From assembly GCA_964016885.1 (NCBI GenBank), contig OZ024743.1, positions 131,378,001 to 131,442,000 on the forward strand: a stretch of DNA of 64,000 nt, given 5' to 3'. Made by a program: the position numbers and the translations under genes. Source of the stretch: Eledone cirrhosa (taxonomy: Eukaryota). Positions 24,211-37,600 of the stretch are shown in pieces. The notes below the pieces were generated by a model. The model was not told the origin of the DNA, made no database searches, and saw nothing but the letters and a program-made list of their open reading frames with translations. Positions within the stretch are counted from its first letter, which is position 1. Each line of letters starts with the position of its first letter.

Positions 24211-27200
24211 TGTTTGGTGCTTGGTGTTTGGTGCTTGGTGTTTGGTGCTTGGTGCTTGGTGCTTGGTGCTTGGTGTTTGGTGGTTGGTGCTTGGTGCTTG
24301 GTGTTAGGTGTTTGGTGCTTGGTGCTTGGTGGTTGGTGTTTGGTGCTTGGTGTTTGGTGCTGGGTGCTTGGTTTTTGGTGCTGGGTGCTTGGTGTTTGGT
24401 GCTTGGTGCTTGGTGTTTAGTGCTTTGTGTTTGGTGCTTGGTGCTTGGTGCTTGGTGTTTGGTGTTTGGTGCTTGGTGTTTGGTGCTTGGTGCTTGGTGT
24501 TTGGTTTTTGGTGCTTGGTGTTTGGTGTTTGGTGCTTGGTGCTTGGTGCTTGGTGTTTGTACTTGGTGCTTGGTGATTGGTGTTTGGTTCTTGGTTCTTG
24601 GTGTTTGGTGTTTTGCGTTTGGTGTTTGGTGCTTGGTGCTTGGTGTTTGGTGCTTGGTGCTTGGTGTTTGGTGCCTGGTGCTTGGTGCTTGGTGTTTGGT
24701 GTTTGGTGCTTGGTGCTTGGTGCTTGGAGTTTGGTGTTAGGTGCTTGGTGCTTTGTGTTTTGTGTTTGGTGTTTGGTTTTTGGTGCTTGGTTCTTGGTCC
24801 TTGGTGTTTGGTGCTGGGTGCTTTGTGTTTGGTGCTTGGTGCTTGGTGTTTGGTGTTTGCTGCTTGGTGTTTGATGCTTGGTGCTTGGTGCTTGGTGTTT
24901 TGTGTTTGGTGCTTGGTTCTTGGTGTTTGGTGCTTGGTGCTTGGTACTTGGTGTTTGTACTTGGTGCTTGGTGCTTGGTGTTTGGTTCTTGGTTCTTGGT
25001 GTTTGGTACTTGGTGCTTGGTGCTTGATGTTTGGTGTTTGGTGCTTGGTGTTTGGTGCTTGGTGCTTGGTGCTTGGTGTTAGGTGTTTGGTGCTTGGTCC
25101 TTGGTGTTTGGTGCTTGGTGTTTGGTGTTTGCTGTTTGGTGTTTGGTGTTTCGTGTTTGGTGTTTGCTGTTTGGTGTCTGCTTTTTGGTGTTTGCTGTTT
25201 GGTGTCTGCTTTTTGGTGTTTAGTGTTTGCTGTATGGTGTTTGGTGTTTGCTGTTTGGTGTTTGGTCTTTGGTGCTTGGTGTTTGGTGCTTGGTGCTTGG
25301 TGTTTGGTGTTTGGTGCTTGGTGCTTGGTGTTTGGTGTTTGGTGCTTGGTGTTTGGTGTTTGGTGCTTGGTGTCTGGTGCTTGGTGTTTGGTTTTTGGTG
25401 CTTGGTGTTTGGTGTTTGGTGCTTGGTGTTTGGTGTTTGGTGTTTGGTGCTTGGTGCTTGGTGTTTGGTGTTTGGTGTTTGGTGCTTGGTGTCTGGTGCT
25501 TGGTGTTTGGTGTTTGGTGCTTGGTGTTTGGTGTTTGGTGTTTGGTGCTTGGTGTCTGGTGCTTGGTGTTTGGTGTTTGGTGCTTGGTGTTTGGTGTTTG
25601 GTGTTTGGTGCTTGGTGCTTGGTGCTTGGTGTTTTGTGTTTGGTGCTTGGTGCTTGGTGTTTGGTGCTTGGTGCTGGGTGGTTGGTGTTTGGTGCTTGGT
25701 GTTTGGTGCTGGGTGCTTGGTGTTTGGTGCTGGGTGCTTGGTATTTGGTGCTTGGTGCTTGGTCTTTGGTGCTTGGTGTTTGGTGCTTGGTGCTTGGTGT
25801 TTGGTGCTTGGTGCTTGGTGTTTGGTGCTTGGTGCTTGGTGTTTGGTTTTTGGTGCTTGGTGCTTGGTGTTTGGTGTTTGGTGCTTGCTGCTGGCTGCTT
25901 GGTGTTTGATGCATGGTGATTGGTGCTTGGTGTTTGGTGCTTGGTGTTTGGTGTTTGATGCTTGGTGCTTGGTGCTTGGTGTTTGGTGCTTGGTGCTTGG
26001 TGCTTGGTGCTTGGTGTTTGGTGCTTGGTGTTTGGTGCTTGGTGTTTGGTGCTTGGTGCTTGGTGCTTGGTGCTTGGTGTTTGGTGGTTGGTGCTTGGTG
26101 CGTGGTGTTAGGTGTTTGGTGCTTGGTGCTTGGTGGTTGGTGTTTGGTGCTTGGTGTTTGGTGCTGGGTGCTTGGTTTTTGGTGCTGGGTGCTTGGTGTT
26201 TGGTGCTTGGTGCTTGGTGTTTGGTGCTTTGTGTTTGGTGCTTAGTGCTTGGTGCTTGGTGTTTGGTGTTTGGTGCTTGGTGTTTGGTGCTTGGTGCTTG
26301 GTGTTTGGTTTTTGGTGCTTGGTGTTTGGTGTTTGGTGCTTGGTGCTTGGTGCTTGGTGTTTGTACTTGGTGCTTGGTGATTGGTGTTTGGTTCTTGGTT
26401 CTTGGTGTTTGGTGTTTTGCGTTTGGTGTTTGGTGCTTGGTGCTTGGTGTTTGGTGCTTGGTGCTTGGTGTTTGGTGCCTGGTGCTTGGTGCTTGGTGTT
26501 TGGTGTTTGGTGCTTGGTGCTTGGTGCTTGGAGTTTGGTGTTAGGTGCTTGGTGCTTTGTGTTTTGTGTTTGGTGTTTGGTTTTTGGTGCTTGGTTCTTG
26601 GTCCTTGGTGTTTGGTGCTGGGTGCTTTGTGTTTGGTGCTTGGTGCTTGGTGTTTGGTGTTTGCTGCTTGGTGTTTGATGCTTGGTGCTTGGTGCTTGGT
26701 GTTTTGTGTTTGGTGCTTGGTTCTTGGTGTTTGGTGCTTGGTGCTTGGTACTTGGTGTTTGTACTTGGTGCTTGGTGCTTGGTGTTTGGTTCTTGGTTCT
26801 TGGTGTTTGGTACTTGGTGCTTGGTGCTTGATGTTTGGTGTTTGGTGCTTGGTGTTTGGTGCTTGGTGCTTGGTGCTTGGTGTTAGGTGTTTGGTGCTTG
26901 GTCCTTGGTGTTTGGTGCTTGGTGTTTGGTGTTTGCTGTTTGGTGTTTGGTGTTTCGTGTTTGGTGTTTGCTGTTTGGTGTCTGCTTTTTGGTGTTTGCT
27001 GTTTGGTGTCTGCTTTTTGGTGTTTAGTGTTTGCTGTATGGTGTTTGGTGTTTGCTGTTTGGTGTTTGGTCTTTGGTGCTTGGTGTTTGGTGCTTGGTGC
27101 TTGGTGTTTGGTGTTTGGTGCTTGGTGCTTGGTGTTTGGTGTTTGGTGCTTGGTGTTTGGTGTTTGGTGCTTGGTGTCTGGTGCTTGGTGTTTGGTTTTT

Positions 27201-27900
27201 GGTGCTTGGTGTTTGGTGTTTGGTGCTTGGTGTTTGGTGTTTGGTGTTTGGTGCTTGGTGCTTGGTGTTTGGTGTTTGGTGTTTGGTGCTTGGTGTCTGG
27301 TGCTTGGTGTTTGGTGTTTGGTGCTTGGTGTTTGGTGTTTGGTGTTTGGTGCTTGGTGTCTGGTGCTTGGTGTTTGGTGTTTGGTGCTTGGTGTTTGGTG
27401 TTTGGTGTTTGGTGCTTGGTGCTTGGTGCTTGGTGTTTTGTGTTTGGTGCTTGGTGCTTGGTGTTTGGTGCTTGGTGCTGGGTGGTTGGTGTTTGGTGCT
27501 TGGTGTTTGGTGCTGGGTGCTTGGTGTTTGGTGCTGGGTGCTTGGTATTTGGTGCATGGTGCTTGGTCTTTGGTGCTTGGTGTTTGGTGCTTGGTGCTTG
27601 GTGTTTGGTGCTTGGTGCTTGGTGTTTGGTGCTTGGTGCTTGGTGTTTGGTTTTTGGTGCTTGGTGCTTGGTGTTTGGTGTTTGGTGCTTGCTGCTGGCT
27701 GCTTGGTGTTTGATGCATGGTGATTGGTGCTTGGTGTTTGGTGCTTGGTGTTTGGTGTTTGATGCTTGGTGCTTGGTGCTTGGTGTTTGGTGCTTGGTGC
27801 TTGGTGCTTGGTGCTTGGTGTTTGGTGCTTGGTGTTTGGTGCTTGGTGTTTGGTGCTTGGTGCTTGGTGCTTGGTGCTTGGTGTTTGGTGGTTGGTGCTT
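22700..27900 (+). repeat. Tandem ~1.8 kb higher-order unit, about three copies (periods 1846, 1804)
   Basis: ORF series 22731/24577/26381 and 24109/25913/27717. ATGCAT marker at 24105, 25909, 27713. Confidence 0.9.
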
Positions 27901-30900
27901 GGTGCTTGGTGTTTTGTGTTTGGTGCTTGGTGCTTGGTGTTTGGTGCTTGGTGCTTGGTGGTTGGTGTTTGGTGCTTGGTGTTTGGTGCTGGATGCTTGG
28001 TTTTTGGTGCTGGGTGCTTGGTGTTTGGTGCTTGGTGCTTGGTGTTTGGTGCTTTGTGTTTGGTGCTTGGTGCTTGGTGCTTGGTGTTTGGTGTTTGGTG
28101 CTTGGTGTTTGGTGCTTGGTGCTTGGTGTTTGGTTTTTGGTGCTTGGTGTTTGGTGTTTGGTGTTTGGTGCTTGCTGCTGGCTGCTTGGTGTTTGATGCA
28201 TGGTGATTTGTGCTTGGTGTTTGGTGCTTGGTGTTTGGTGTTTGATGCTTGGTGCTTGGTGTTTGGTGTTTGATGCTTGGTGCTTGGTGCTTGGTGTTTG
28301 GTGCTTGGTGTTTGGTGCTTGGTGCTTGGTCATTGGTGTTTCTACTTGGTGCTTGGTGCTTGGTTCTTGGTGTTTGGTGCTTGGTGCTTGGTGTTTGGTG
28401 TTATATGCTTGGTGTTTGATACTTGGTGCTTGGTGCTTGGTGTTTGGTGTTTGGTGTTTGATGCTTGGTGCTTGGTGTTTGGTGCTTGGTGCTTGGTGTT
28501 TGTACTTGGTGCTTGGTGCTTGGTGCTTGGTGTTTGGTGCTTGGTATTTGGTGCTTGGTGCTTGGTGCTTGGTCCTTGGTTCTTGGTGTTTGGTGGTTGG
28601 TGTTTGGTGGTTGGTGTTAGGTGTTTGGTGCTTGGTGCTTGGTGTTTGGTGTTTGGTGTTTGGTGTTTGGTGCTTGGTGTTTGATGCTTTGTGCTTGGTG
28701 CTTGGTGTTTGGTGCTTGGTGCTTGGTGTTTGGTGCTTGGTGCTTGGTGTTTGGTGCTTGGTGTTTGGTGCTTGGTGTTTGGTGCTTGGTGCTTGGTGCT
28801 TGGTGCTTGGTGTTTGGTGTTTGGTGCTTGGTGTTTGGTGCTTGGTACTTGGTGCTTGGTGCTTGGTGTTAGGTGTTTGGTGCTTGGTGCTTGGTGTCTG
28901 GTTTTTGGTGCTTGGTTCTTGGTGTTTGGTGCTTGCTGCTGGCTGCTTGGTGTTTGGTGCTTGGTGATTGGTGCTTGGTGTTTGGTGTTTGGTGCTAGGT
29001 GCTTGGTGTTTGGTGCTTGGTGCTTGGTGTTTGTACTTGGTGCTTGGTGCTTGGTTCTTGGTGTTTGGTGCTTCGTGCTTCGTGTTTGGTGCTTGGTGCT
29101 TGGTGTTTGGTGCTTGGTGTTTGGTGCTTGGTGTTTGGTGCTTGGTGCTTGGTGCTTGGTGTTTGGTGCTTGGTGTTTGGTGCTTGGTGTTAGGTGTTTG
29201 GTGCTTGGTGCTTGGTGTTTGGTGTTTGGTGCTTGGTGTTTGGTGTTTGGTGTTATATGCTTGGTGTTTGATGCTTGGTGCTTGGTGCTTGGTGTTTGGC
29301 GCTTGGTGTTTGATGCTTGGTGCTTGGTGCTTGGTGTTTGGTGCTTGGTGCTTGGTGTTTTTACTTGGTGCTTGGTGCTTGGTTCTTGGTGTTTGGTGCC
29401 TGGTGTTTGGTGTTTGGTGTTATATGCTTGGTGTTTGATGCTTGGTGCTTGGTGCTTGGTGTTTGGTGCTTGGTGTTTGATGCTTGGTGCTTGGTGCTTG
29501 GTGTTTGGTGCTTGGTGCTTGGTGTTTGTACTTGGTGCTTGGTGCTTGGTTCTTGGTGTTTGGTGCTTGGTGCTTGGTGTTTGGTGCTTGGTGCTTGGTG
29601 CTTGGTCGTTGGTGCTTGGTGTTTGGTGCTTGGTGCTTGGTGTTTGGTGCTTGGTGCTTGGTGTTTGGTGCTTGGTGCTTGGTGTTTGGTTTTTGGTGCT
29701 TGGTGCTTGGTGTTTGGTGTTTGGTGCTTGCTGCTGGCTGCTTGGTGTTTGATGCATGGTGATTGGTGCTTGGTGTTTGGTGCTTGGTGTTTGGTGTTTG
29801 ATGCTTGGTGCTTGGTGCTTGGTGTTTGGTGCTTGGTGCTTGGTGCTTGGTGCTTGGTGTTTGGTGCTTGGTGTTTGGTGCTTGGTGTTTGGTGCTTGGT
29901 GCTTGGTGCTTGGTGCTTGGTGTTTGGTGGTTGGTGCTTGGTGCTTGGTGTTTTGTGTTTGGTGCTTGGTGCTTGGTGTTTGGTGCTTGGTGCTTGGTGG
30001 TTGGTGTTTGGTGCTTGGTGTTTGGTGCTGGGTGCTTGGTTTTTGATGCTGGGTGCTTGGTGTTTGGTGCTTGGTGCTTGGTGTTTGGTGCTTTGTGTTT
30101 GGTGCTTGGTGCTTGGTGCTTGGTGTTTGGTGTTTGGTGCTTGGTGTTTGGTGCTTGGTGCTTGGTGTTTGGTTTTTGGTGCTTGGTGTTTGGTGTTTGG
30201 TGTTTGGTGCTTGCTGCTGGCTGCTTGGTGTTTGATGCATGGTGATTTGTGCTTGGTGTTTGGTGCTTGGTGTTTGGTGTTTGATGCTTGGTGCTTGGTG
30301 TTTGGTGTTTGATGCTTGGTGCTTGGTGCTTGGTGTTTGGTGCTTGGTGTTTGGTGCTTGGTGCTTGGTCATTGGTGTTTCTACTTGGTGCTTGGTGCTT
30401 GGTTCTTGGTGTTTGGTGCTTGGTGCTTGGTGTTTGGTGTTATATGCTTGGTGTTTGATGCTTGGTGCTTGGTGCTTGGTGTTTGGTGTTTGGTGTTTGA
30501 TGCTTGGTGCTTGGTGTTTGGTGCTTGGTGCTTGGTGTTTGTACTTGGTGCTTGGTGCTTGGTGCTTGGTGTTTGGTGCTTGGTATTTGGTGCTTGGTGC
30601 TTGGTGCTTGGTCCTTGGTTCTTGGTGTTTGGTGGTTGGTGTTTGGTGGTTGGTGTTAGGTGTTTGGTGCTTGGTGCTTGGTGTTTGGTGTTTGGTGTTT
30701 GGTGTTTGGTGCTTGGTGTTTGATGCTTTGTGCTTGGTGCTTGGTGTTTGGTGCTTGGTGCTTGGTGTTTGGTGCTTGGTGCTTGGTGTTTGGTGCTTGG
30801 TGTTTGGTGCTTGGTGTTTGGTGCTTGGTGCTTGGTGTTTGGTGCTTGGTGTTTGGTGTTTGGTGCTTGGTGTTTGGTGCTTGGTACTTGGTGCTTGGTG

Positions 30901-31630
30901 CTTGGTGTTAGGTGTTTGGTGCTTGGTGCTTGGTGTCTGGTTTTTGGTGCTTGGTTCTTGGTGTTTGGTGCTTGCTGCTGGCTGCTTGGTGTTTGGTGCT
31001 TGGTGATTGGTGCTTGGTGTTTGGTGTTTGGTGCTAGGTGCTTGGTGTTTGGTGCTTGGTGCTTGGTGTTTGTACTTGGTGCTTGGTGCTTGGTTCTTGG
31101 TGTTTGGTGCTTCGTGCTTCGTGTTTGGTGCTTGGTGCTTGGTGTTTGGTGCTTGGTGTTTGGTGCTTGGTGTTTGGTGCTTGGTGCTTGGTGCTTGGTG
31201 TTTGGTGCTTGGTGTTTGGTGCTTGGTGTTAGGTGTTTGGTGCTTGGTGCTTGGTGTTTGGTGTTTGGTGCTTGGTGTTTGGTGTTTGGTGTTATATGCT
31301 TGGTGTTTGATGCTTGGTGCTTGGTGCTTGGTGTTTGGCGCTTGGTGTTTGATGCTTGGTGCTTGGTGCTTGGTGTTTGGTGCTTGGTGCTTGGTGTTTT
31401 TACTTGGTGCTTGGTGCTTGGTTCTTGGTGTTTGGTGCCTGGTGTTTGGTGTTTGGTGTTATATGCTTGGTGTTTGATGCTTGGTGCTTGGTGCTTGGTG
31501 TTTGGTGCTTGGTGTTTGATGCTTGGTGCTTGGTGCTTGGTGTTTGGTGCTTGGTGCTTGGTGTTTGTACTTGGTGCTTGGTGCTTGGTTCTTGGTGTTT
31601 GGTGCTTGGTGCTTGGTGTTTGGTGCTTGG
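27580..31630 (+). repeat. Tandem 2039-bp higher-order unit, two copies
   Basis: ORF pairs 27717/29756, 28200/30239, 28968/31007, 29317/31356. Confidence 0.9.
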
Positions 31631-34600
31631 TGCTTGGTGTTTGGTGCTTGGTGTTTGGTGCTTGGTGTTTGGTGCTTGGTGCTTGGTGCTTAGTGCTTGG
31701 TGTTTGGTGCTTGGTGTTTGGTGCTTGGTGTTTGGTGCTTGGTACTTGGTGCTTGGTGCTTCGTGTTAGGTGTTTGGTGCCTGGTGCTTGGTGTTTGGTG
31801 TTTGGTTTTTGGTGCTTGGTGTTTGGTGTTTGGTGTTTGGTGCTTGCTGCTGGCTGCTTGGTGTTTGATGCATGGTGATTTGTGCTTGGTGTTTGGTGCT
31901 GGGTGTTTGGTGTTTGATGCTTGGTGCTTGGTGTTTGGTGTTTGATGCTTGGTGCTTGGTGCTTGGTGTTTGGTGCTTGGTGTTTGGTGTTTGGTGCTTG
32001 GTCATTGGTGTTTCTACTTGGTGCTTGGTGCTTGGTTCTTGGTGTTTGGTGCTTGGTGCTTGGTGTTTGGTGTTATATGCTTGGTGTTTGATGCTTGGTG
32101 CTTGGTGCTTGGTGTTTGGTGTTTGGTGTTTGATGCTTGGTGCTTGGTGTTTGGTGCTTGGTGCTTGGTGTTTGTACTTGGTGCTTGGTGCTTGGTGCTT
32201 GGTGTTTGGTGCTTGGTATTTGGTGCTTGGTGCTTGGTGCTTGGTCCTTGGTGCTTGGTGTTTGGTGGTTGGTGTTTGGTGGTTGGTGTTAGGTGTTTGG
32301 TGCTTGGTGCTTGGTGTTTGGTGTTTGGTGCTTGGTGTTTGGTGTTTGGTGCTTGGTGTTTGGTGTTTGGTACTTGGTGCTTGGTGCTTGGTGTTAGGTG
32401 TTTGGTGCTTGGTGTTTGGTGCTTGGTGTTTGGTGCTTGGTGCTTGGTGCTTGGTGCTTGGTGTTTGGTGGTTGGTGTTTGGTGCTTGGTGTTTGGTGCT
32501 TGGTGTTACGTGTTTGGTGCTTGGTGCTTGGTGTTTGGTGTTTGGTGCTTGGTGTTTGGTGTTTGGTGCTTGGTGTTTGGTGCTTTTTGCTTGGTGCTTG
32601 GTGCTTGGTGTTTGGTGCTTGGTGCTGGGTGGTTGGTGTTTGGTGCTTGGTGTTTGGTGCTGGGTGCTTGGTGTTTGGTGCTGGGTGCTTGGTATTTGGT
32701 GCTTGGTGCTTGGTCTTTGGTGCTTGGTGTTTGGTGCTTGGTGCTTGGTGTGTGGTGCTTGGTGCTTGGTGTTTGGTGCTTGGTGCTTGGTGTTTGGTTT
32801 TTGGTGCTTGGTGCTTGGTGTTTGGTGTTTGGTGCTTGCTGCTGGCTGCTTGGTGTTTGATGCATGGTGATTGGTGCTTGGTGTTTGGTGCTTGGTGTTT
32901 GGTGTTTGATGCTTGGTGCTTGGTGCTTGGTGTTTGGTGCTTGGTGCTTGGTGCTTGGTGCTTGGTGTTTGGTGCTTGGTGTTTGGTGCTTGGTGTTTGG
33001 TGCTTGGTGCTTGGTGCTTGGTGCTTGGTGTTTGGTGGTTGGTGCTTGGTGCTTGGTGTTAGGTGTTTGGTGCTTGGTGCTTGGTGGTTGGTGTTTGGTG
33101 CTTGGTGTTTGGTGCTGGGTGCTTGGTTTTTGGTGCTGGGTGCTTGGTGTTTGGTGCTTGGTGCTTGGTGTTTGGTGCTTTGTGTTTGGTGCTTGGTGCT
33201 TGGTGCTTGGTGTTTGGTGTTTGGTGCTTGGTGTTTGGTGCTTGGTGCTTGGTGTTTGGTTTTTGGCGCTTGGTGTTTGGTGTTTGGTGCTTGGTGCTTG
33301 GTGCTTGGTGTTTGTACTTGGTGCTTGGTGATTGGTGTTTGGTTCTTGGTTCTTGGTGTTTGGTGTTTGGCGTTTGGTGTTTGGTGCTTGGTGCTTGGTG
33401 TTTGGTGCTTGGTGCTTGGTGTTTGGTGCCTGGTGCTTGGTGCTTGGTGTTTGGTGTTTGGTGTTTGGTGCTTGGTGCTTGGAGTTTGGTGTTTGGTGCT
33501 TGGTGCTTTGTGTTTTGTGTTTGGTGTTTGGTTTTTGGTGCTTGGTGCTTGGTCCTTGGTGTTTGGTGCTGGGTGCTTTGTGTTTGGTGCTTGGTGCTTG
33601 GTGTTTGGTGTTTGCTGCTTGGTGTTTGATGCTTGGTGCTTGGTGCTTGGTGTTTTGTGTTTGGTGCTTGGTTCTTGGTGTTTGGTGCTTGGTGCTTGGT
33701 ACTTGGTGTTTGTACTTGGTGCTTGGTGCTTGGTGTTTGGTTCTTGGTTCTTGGTGTTTGGTACTTGGTGCTTGATGCTTGATGTTTGGTGTTTGGTGCT
33801 TGGTGTTTGGTGCTTGGTGCTTGGTGCTTGGTGTTAGGTGTTTGGTGCTTGGTCCTTGGTGTTTGGTGCTTGGTGTTTGGTATTTGCTGTTTGGTGTTTG
33901 GTGTTTCGTGTTTGGTGTTTGCTGTTTGGTGTCTGCTTTTTGGTGTTTGCTGTTTGGTGTCTGCTTTTTGGTGTTTAGTGTTTGCTGTATGGTGTTTGGT
34001 GTTTGCTGTTTGGTGTTTGGTCTTTGGTGCTTGGTGTTTGGTGCTTGGTGCTTGGTGTTTGGTGTTTGGTGCTTGGTGCTTGGTGTTTGGTGTTTGGTGC
34101 TTGGTGTTTGGTGTTTGGTGCTTAGTGTCTGGTGCTTGGTGTTTGGTTTTTGGTGCTTGGTGTTTGGTGTTTGGTGCTTGGTGTTTGGTGTTTGGTGTTT
34201 GGTGCTTGGTGCTTGGTGTTTGGTGTTTGGTGTTTGGTGCTTGGTGTCTGGTGCTTGGTGTTTGGTGTTTGGTGCTTGGTGTTTGGTGTTTGGTGTTTGG
34301 TGCTTGGTGTCTGGTGCTTGGTGTTTGGTGTTTGGTGCTTGGTGTTTGGTGTTTGGTGTTTGGTGCTTGGTGCTTGGTGCTTGGTGTTTTGTGTTTGGTG
34401 ATTGGTGCTTGGTGTTTGGTGCTTGGTGCTGGGTGGTTGGTGTTTGGTGCTTGGTGTTTGGTGCTGGGTGCTTGGTGTTTGGTGCTGGGTGCTTGGTATT
34501 TGGTGCTTGGTGCTTGGTCTTTGGTGCTTGGTGTTTGGTGCTTGGTGCTTGGTGTTTGGTGCTTGGTGCTTGGTGTTTGGTGCTTGGTGCTTGGTGTTTG

Positions 34601-37600
34601 GTTTTTGGTGCTTGGTGCTTGGTGTTTGGTGTTTGGTGCTTGCTGCTGGCTGCTTGGTGTTTGATGCATGGTGATTGGTGCTTGGTGTTTGGTGCTTGGT
34701 GTTTGGTGTTTGATGCTTGGTGCTTGGTGCTTGGTGTTTGGTGCTTGGTGCTTGGTGCTTGGTGCTTGGTGTTTGGTGCTTGGTGTTTGGTGCTTGGTGT
34801 TTGGTGCTTGGTGCTTGGTGCTTGGTGCTTGGTGTTTGGTGGTTGGTGCTTGGTGCTTGGTGTTTTGTGTTTGGTGCTTGGTGCTTGGTGTTTGGTGCTT
34901 GGTGCTTGGTGGTTGGTGTTTGGTGCTTGGTGTTTGGTGCTGGGTGCTTGGTTTTTGGTGCTGGGTGCTTGGTGTTTGGTGCTTGGTGCTTGGTGTTTGG
35001 TGCTTGGTGTTTGGTGCTTGGTGTTTGGTGCTTGGTGCTTGGTGCTTAGTGCTTGGTGTTTGGTGCTTGGTGTTAGGTGTTTGGTGCTTGGTGCTTGGTG
35101 TTTGGTGTTTGGTGCTTGGTGTTTGGTGCTTGGTGTTTGGTGTTAGGTGTTTGGTGCTTGGTGTTTGGTGTTTGGTGCTTGGTGTTTGGTGCTTGGTGTT
35201 TGGTGCTTGGTGTTTGGTGCTTGGTACTTGGTGCTTGGTGCTTCGTGTTAGGTGTTTGGTGCTTGGTGCTTGGTGTTTGGTGTTTGGTTTTTGGTGCTTG
35301 GTGTTTGGTGTTTGGTGTTTGGTGCTTGCTGCTGGCTGCTTGGTGTTTGATGCATGGTGATTTGTGCTTGGTGTTTGGTGCTGGGTGTTTGGTGTTTGAT
35401 GCTTGGTGCTTGGTGTTTGGTGTTTGATGCTTGGTGCTTGGTGCTTGGTGTTTGGTGCTTGGTGTTTGGTGTTTGGTGCTTGGTCATTGGTGTTTCTACT
35501 TGGTGCTTGGTGCTTGGTTCTTGGTGTTTGGTGCTTGGTGCTTGGTGTTTGGTGTTATATGCTTGGTGTTTGATGCTTGGTGCTTGGTGCTTGGTGTTTG
35601 GTGTTTGGTGTTTGATGCTTGGTGCTTGGTGTTTGGTGCTTGGTGCTTGGTGTTTGTACTTGGTGCTTGGTGCTTGGTGCTTGGTGTTTGGTGCTTGGTA
35701 TTTGGTGCTTGGTGCTTGGTGCTTGGTCCTTGGTGCTTGGTGTTTGGTGGTTGGTGTTTGGTGGTTGGTGTTAGGTGTTTGGTGCTTGGTGCTTGGTGTT
35801 TGGTGTTTGGTGCTTGGTGTTTGGTGTTTGGTGCTTGGTGTTTGGTGCTTGGTACTTGGTGCTTGGTGCTTGGTGTTAGGTGTTTGGTGCTTGGTGTTTG
35901 GTGCTTGGTGTTTGGTGCTTGGTGCTTGGTGCTTGGTGCTTGGTGTTTGGTGGTTGGTGTTTGGTGCTTGGTGTTTGGTGCTTGGTGTTACGTGTTTGGT
36001 GCTTGGTGCTTGGTGTTTGGTGTTTGGTGCTTGGTGTTTGGTGTTTGGTGCTTGGTGTTTGGTGCTTTTTGCTTGGTGCTTGGTGCTTGGTGTTTGGTGC
36101 TGGGTGCTTGGTGCTTGGTGTTTGGTGTTATATGCTTGGTGTTTGATGCTTGGTGCTTGGTGCTTGGTGTTTGGTGTTTGGTGCTTGGTGTTTGATGCTT
36201 GGTGCTTGGTGCTTGGTGTTTGGTGCTTGGTGCTTGGTGTTTGGTGCTTGGTGCTTGGTGTTTGTTGCTTGGTGTTTGGTGCTTGGTGTTTGGTGCTTGG
36301 TGCTTGGTGCTTGGTGCTTGGTGTTTGGTGTTTGGTGCTTGGTGTTTGGTGCTTGGTACTTGGTGCTTGGTGCTTGGTGTTAGGTGTTTGGTGCTTGGTG
36401 CTTGGTGTCTGGTTTTTGGTGCTTGGTGCTTGGTGTTTGGTGCTTGCTGCTGGCTGCTTGGTGTTTGGTGCTTGGTGATTGGTGCTTGGTGTTTGGTGTT
36501 TGGTGCTAGGTGCTTGGTGTTTGGTGCTTGGTGCTTGGTGTTTGTACTTGGTGCTTGGTGCTTGGTTCTTGGTGTTTGGTGCTTCGTGCTTGGTGTTTGT
36601 ACTTGGTGCTTGGTGATTGGTGTTTGGTTCTTGGTTCTTGGTGTTTGGTGTTTGGCGTTTGGTGTTTGGTGCTTGGTGCTTGGTGTTTGGTGCTTGGTGC
36701 TTGGCGTTTGGTGCCTGGTGCTTGGTGCTTGGTGTTTGGTGTTTGGTGCTTGGTGCTTGGTGCTTGGAGTTTGGTGTTTGGTGCTTGGTGCTTTGTGTTT
36801 TGTGTTTGGTGTTTGGTTTTTGGTGCTTGGTGCTTGGTCCTTGGTGTTTGGTGCTGGGTGCTTTGTGTTTGGTGCTTGGTGCTTGGTGTTTGGTGTTTGC
36901 TGCTTGGTGTTTGATGCTTGGTGCTTGGTGCTTGGTGTTTTGTGTTTGGTGCTTGGTTCTTGGTGTTTGGTGCTTGGTGCTTGGTACTTGGTGTTTGTAC
37001 TTGGTGCTTGGTGCTTGGTGTTTGGTTCTTGGTTCTTGGTGTTTGGTACTTGGTGCTTGGTGCTTGATGTTTGGTGTTTGGTGCTTGGTGTTTGGTGCTT
37101 GGTGCTTGGTGCTTGGTGTTAGGTGTTTGGTGCTTGGTCCTTGGTGTTTGTTGCTTGGTGTTTGGTGTTTGCTGTTTGGTGTTTGGTGTTTCGTGTTTGG
37201 TGTTTGCTGTTTGGTGTCTGCTTTTTGGTGTTTAGTGTTTGCTGTATGGTGTTTGGTGTTTGCTGTTTGGTGTTTGGTCTTTGGTGCTTGGTGTTTGGTG
37301 CTTGGTGCTTGGTGTTTGGTGTTTGGTGCTTGGTGCTTGGTGTTTGGTGTTTGGTGCTTGGTGTTTGGTGTTTGGTGCTTGGTGTCTGGTGCTTGGTGTT
37401 TGGTTTTTGGTGCTTGGTGTTTGGTGTTTGGTGCTTGGTGTTTGGTGTTTGGTGTTTGGTGCTTGGTGCTTGGTGTTTGGTGTTTGGTGTTTGGTGCTTG
37501 GTGTCTGGTGCTTGGTGTTTGGTGTTTGGTGCTTGGTGTTTGGTGCTTGGTGCTTGGTGTTTGGTGCTTGGTGCTGGGTGGTTGGTGTTTGGTGCTTGGT

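Noticed and set aside
28326-28332. Similarity to cyanobacterial STRR heptamers (TTGGTCA variant)
   Set aside because: It is only a rare variant monomer. STRRs form short intergenic runs among genes, unlike a gene-free array of more than 64 kb.
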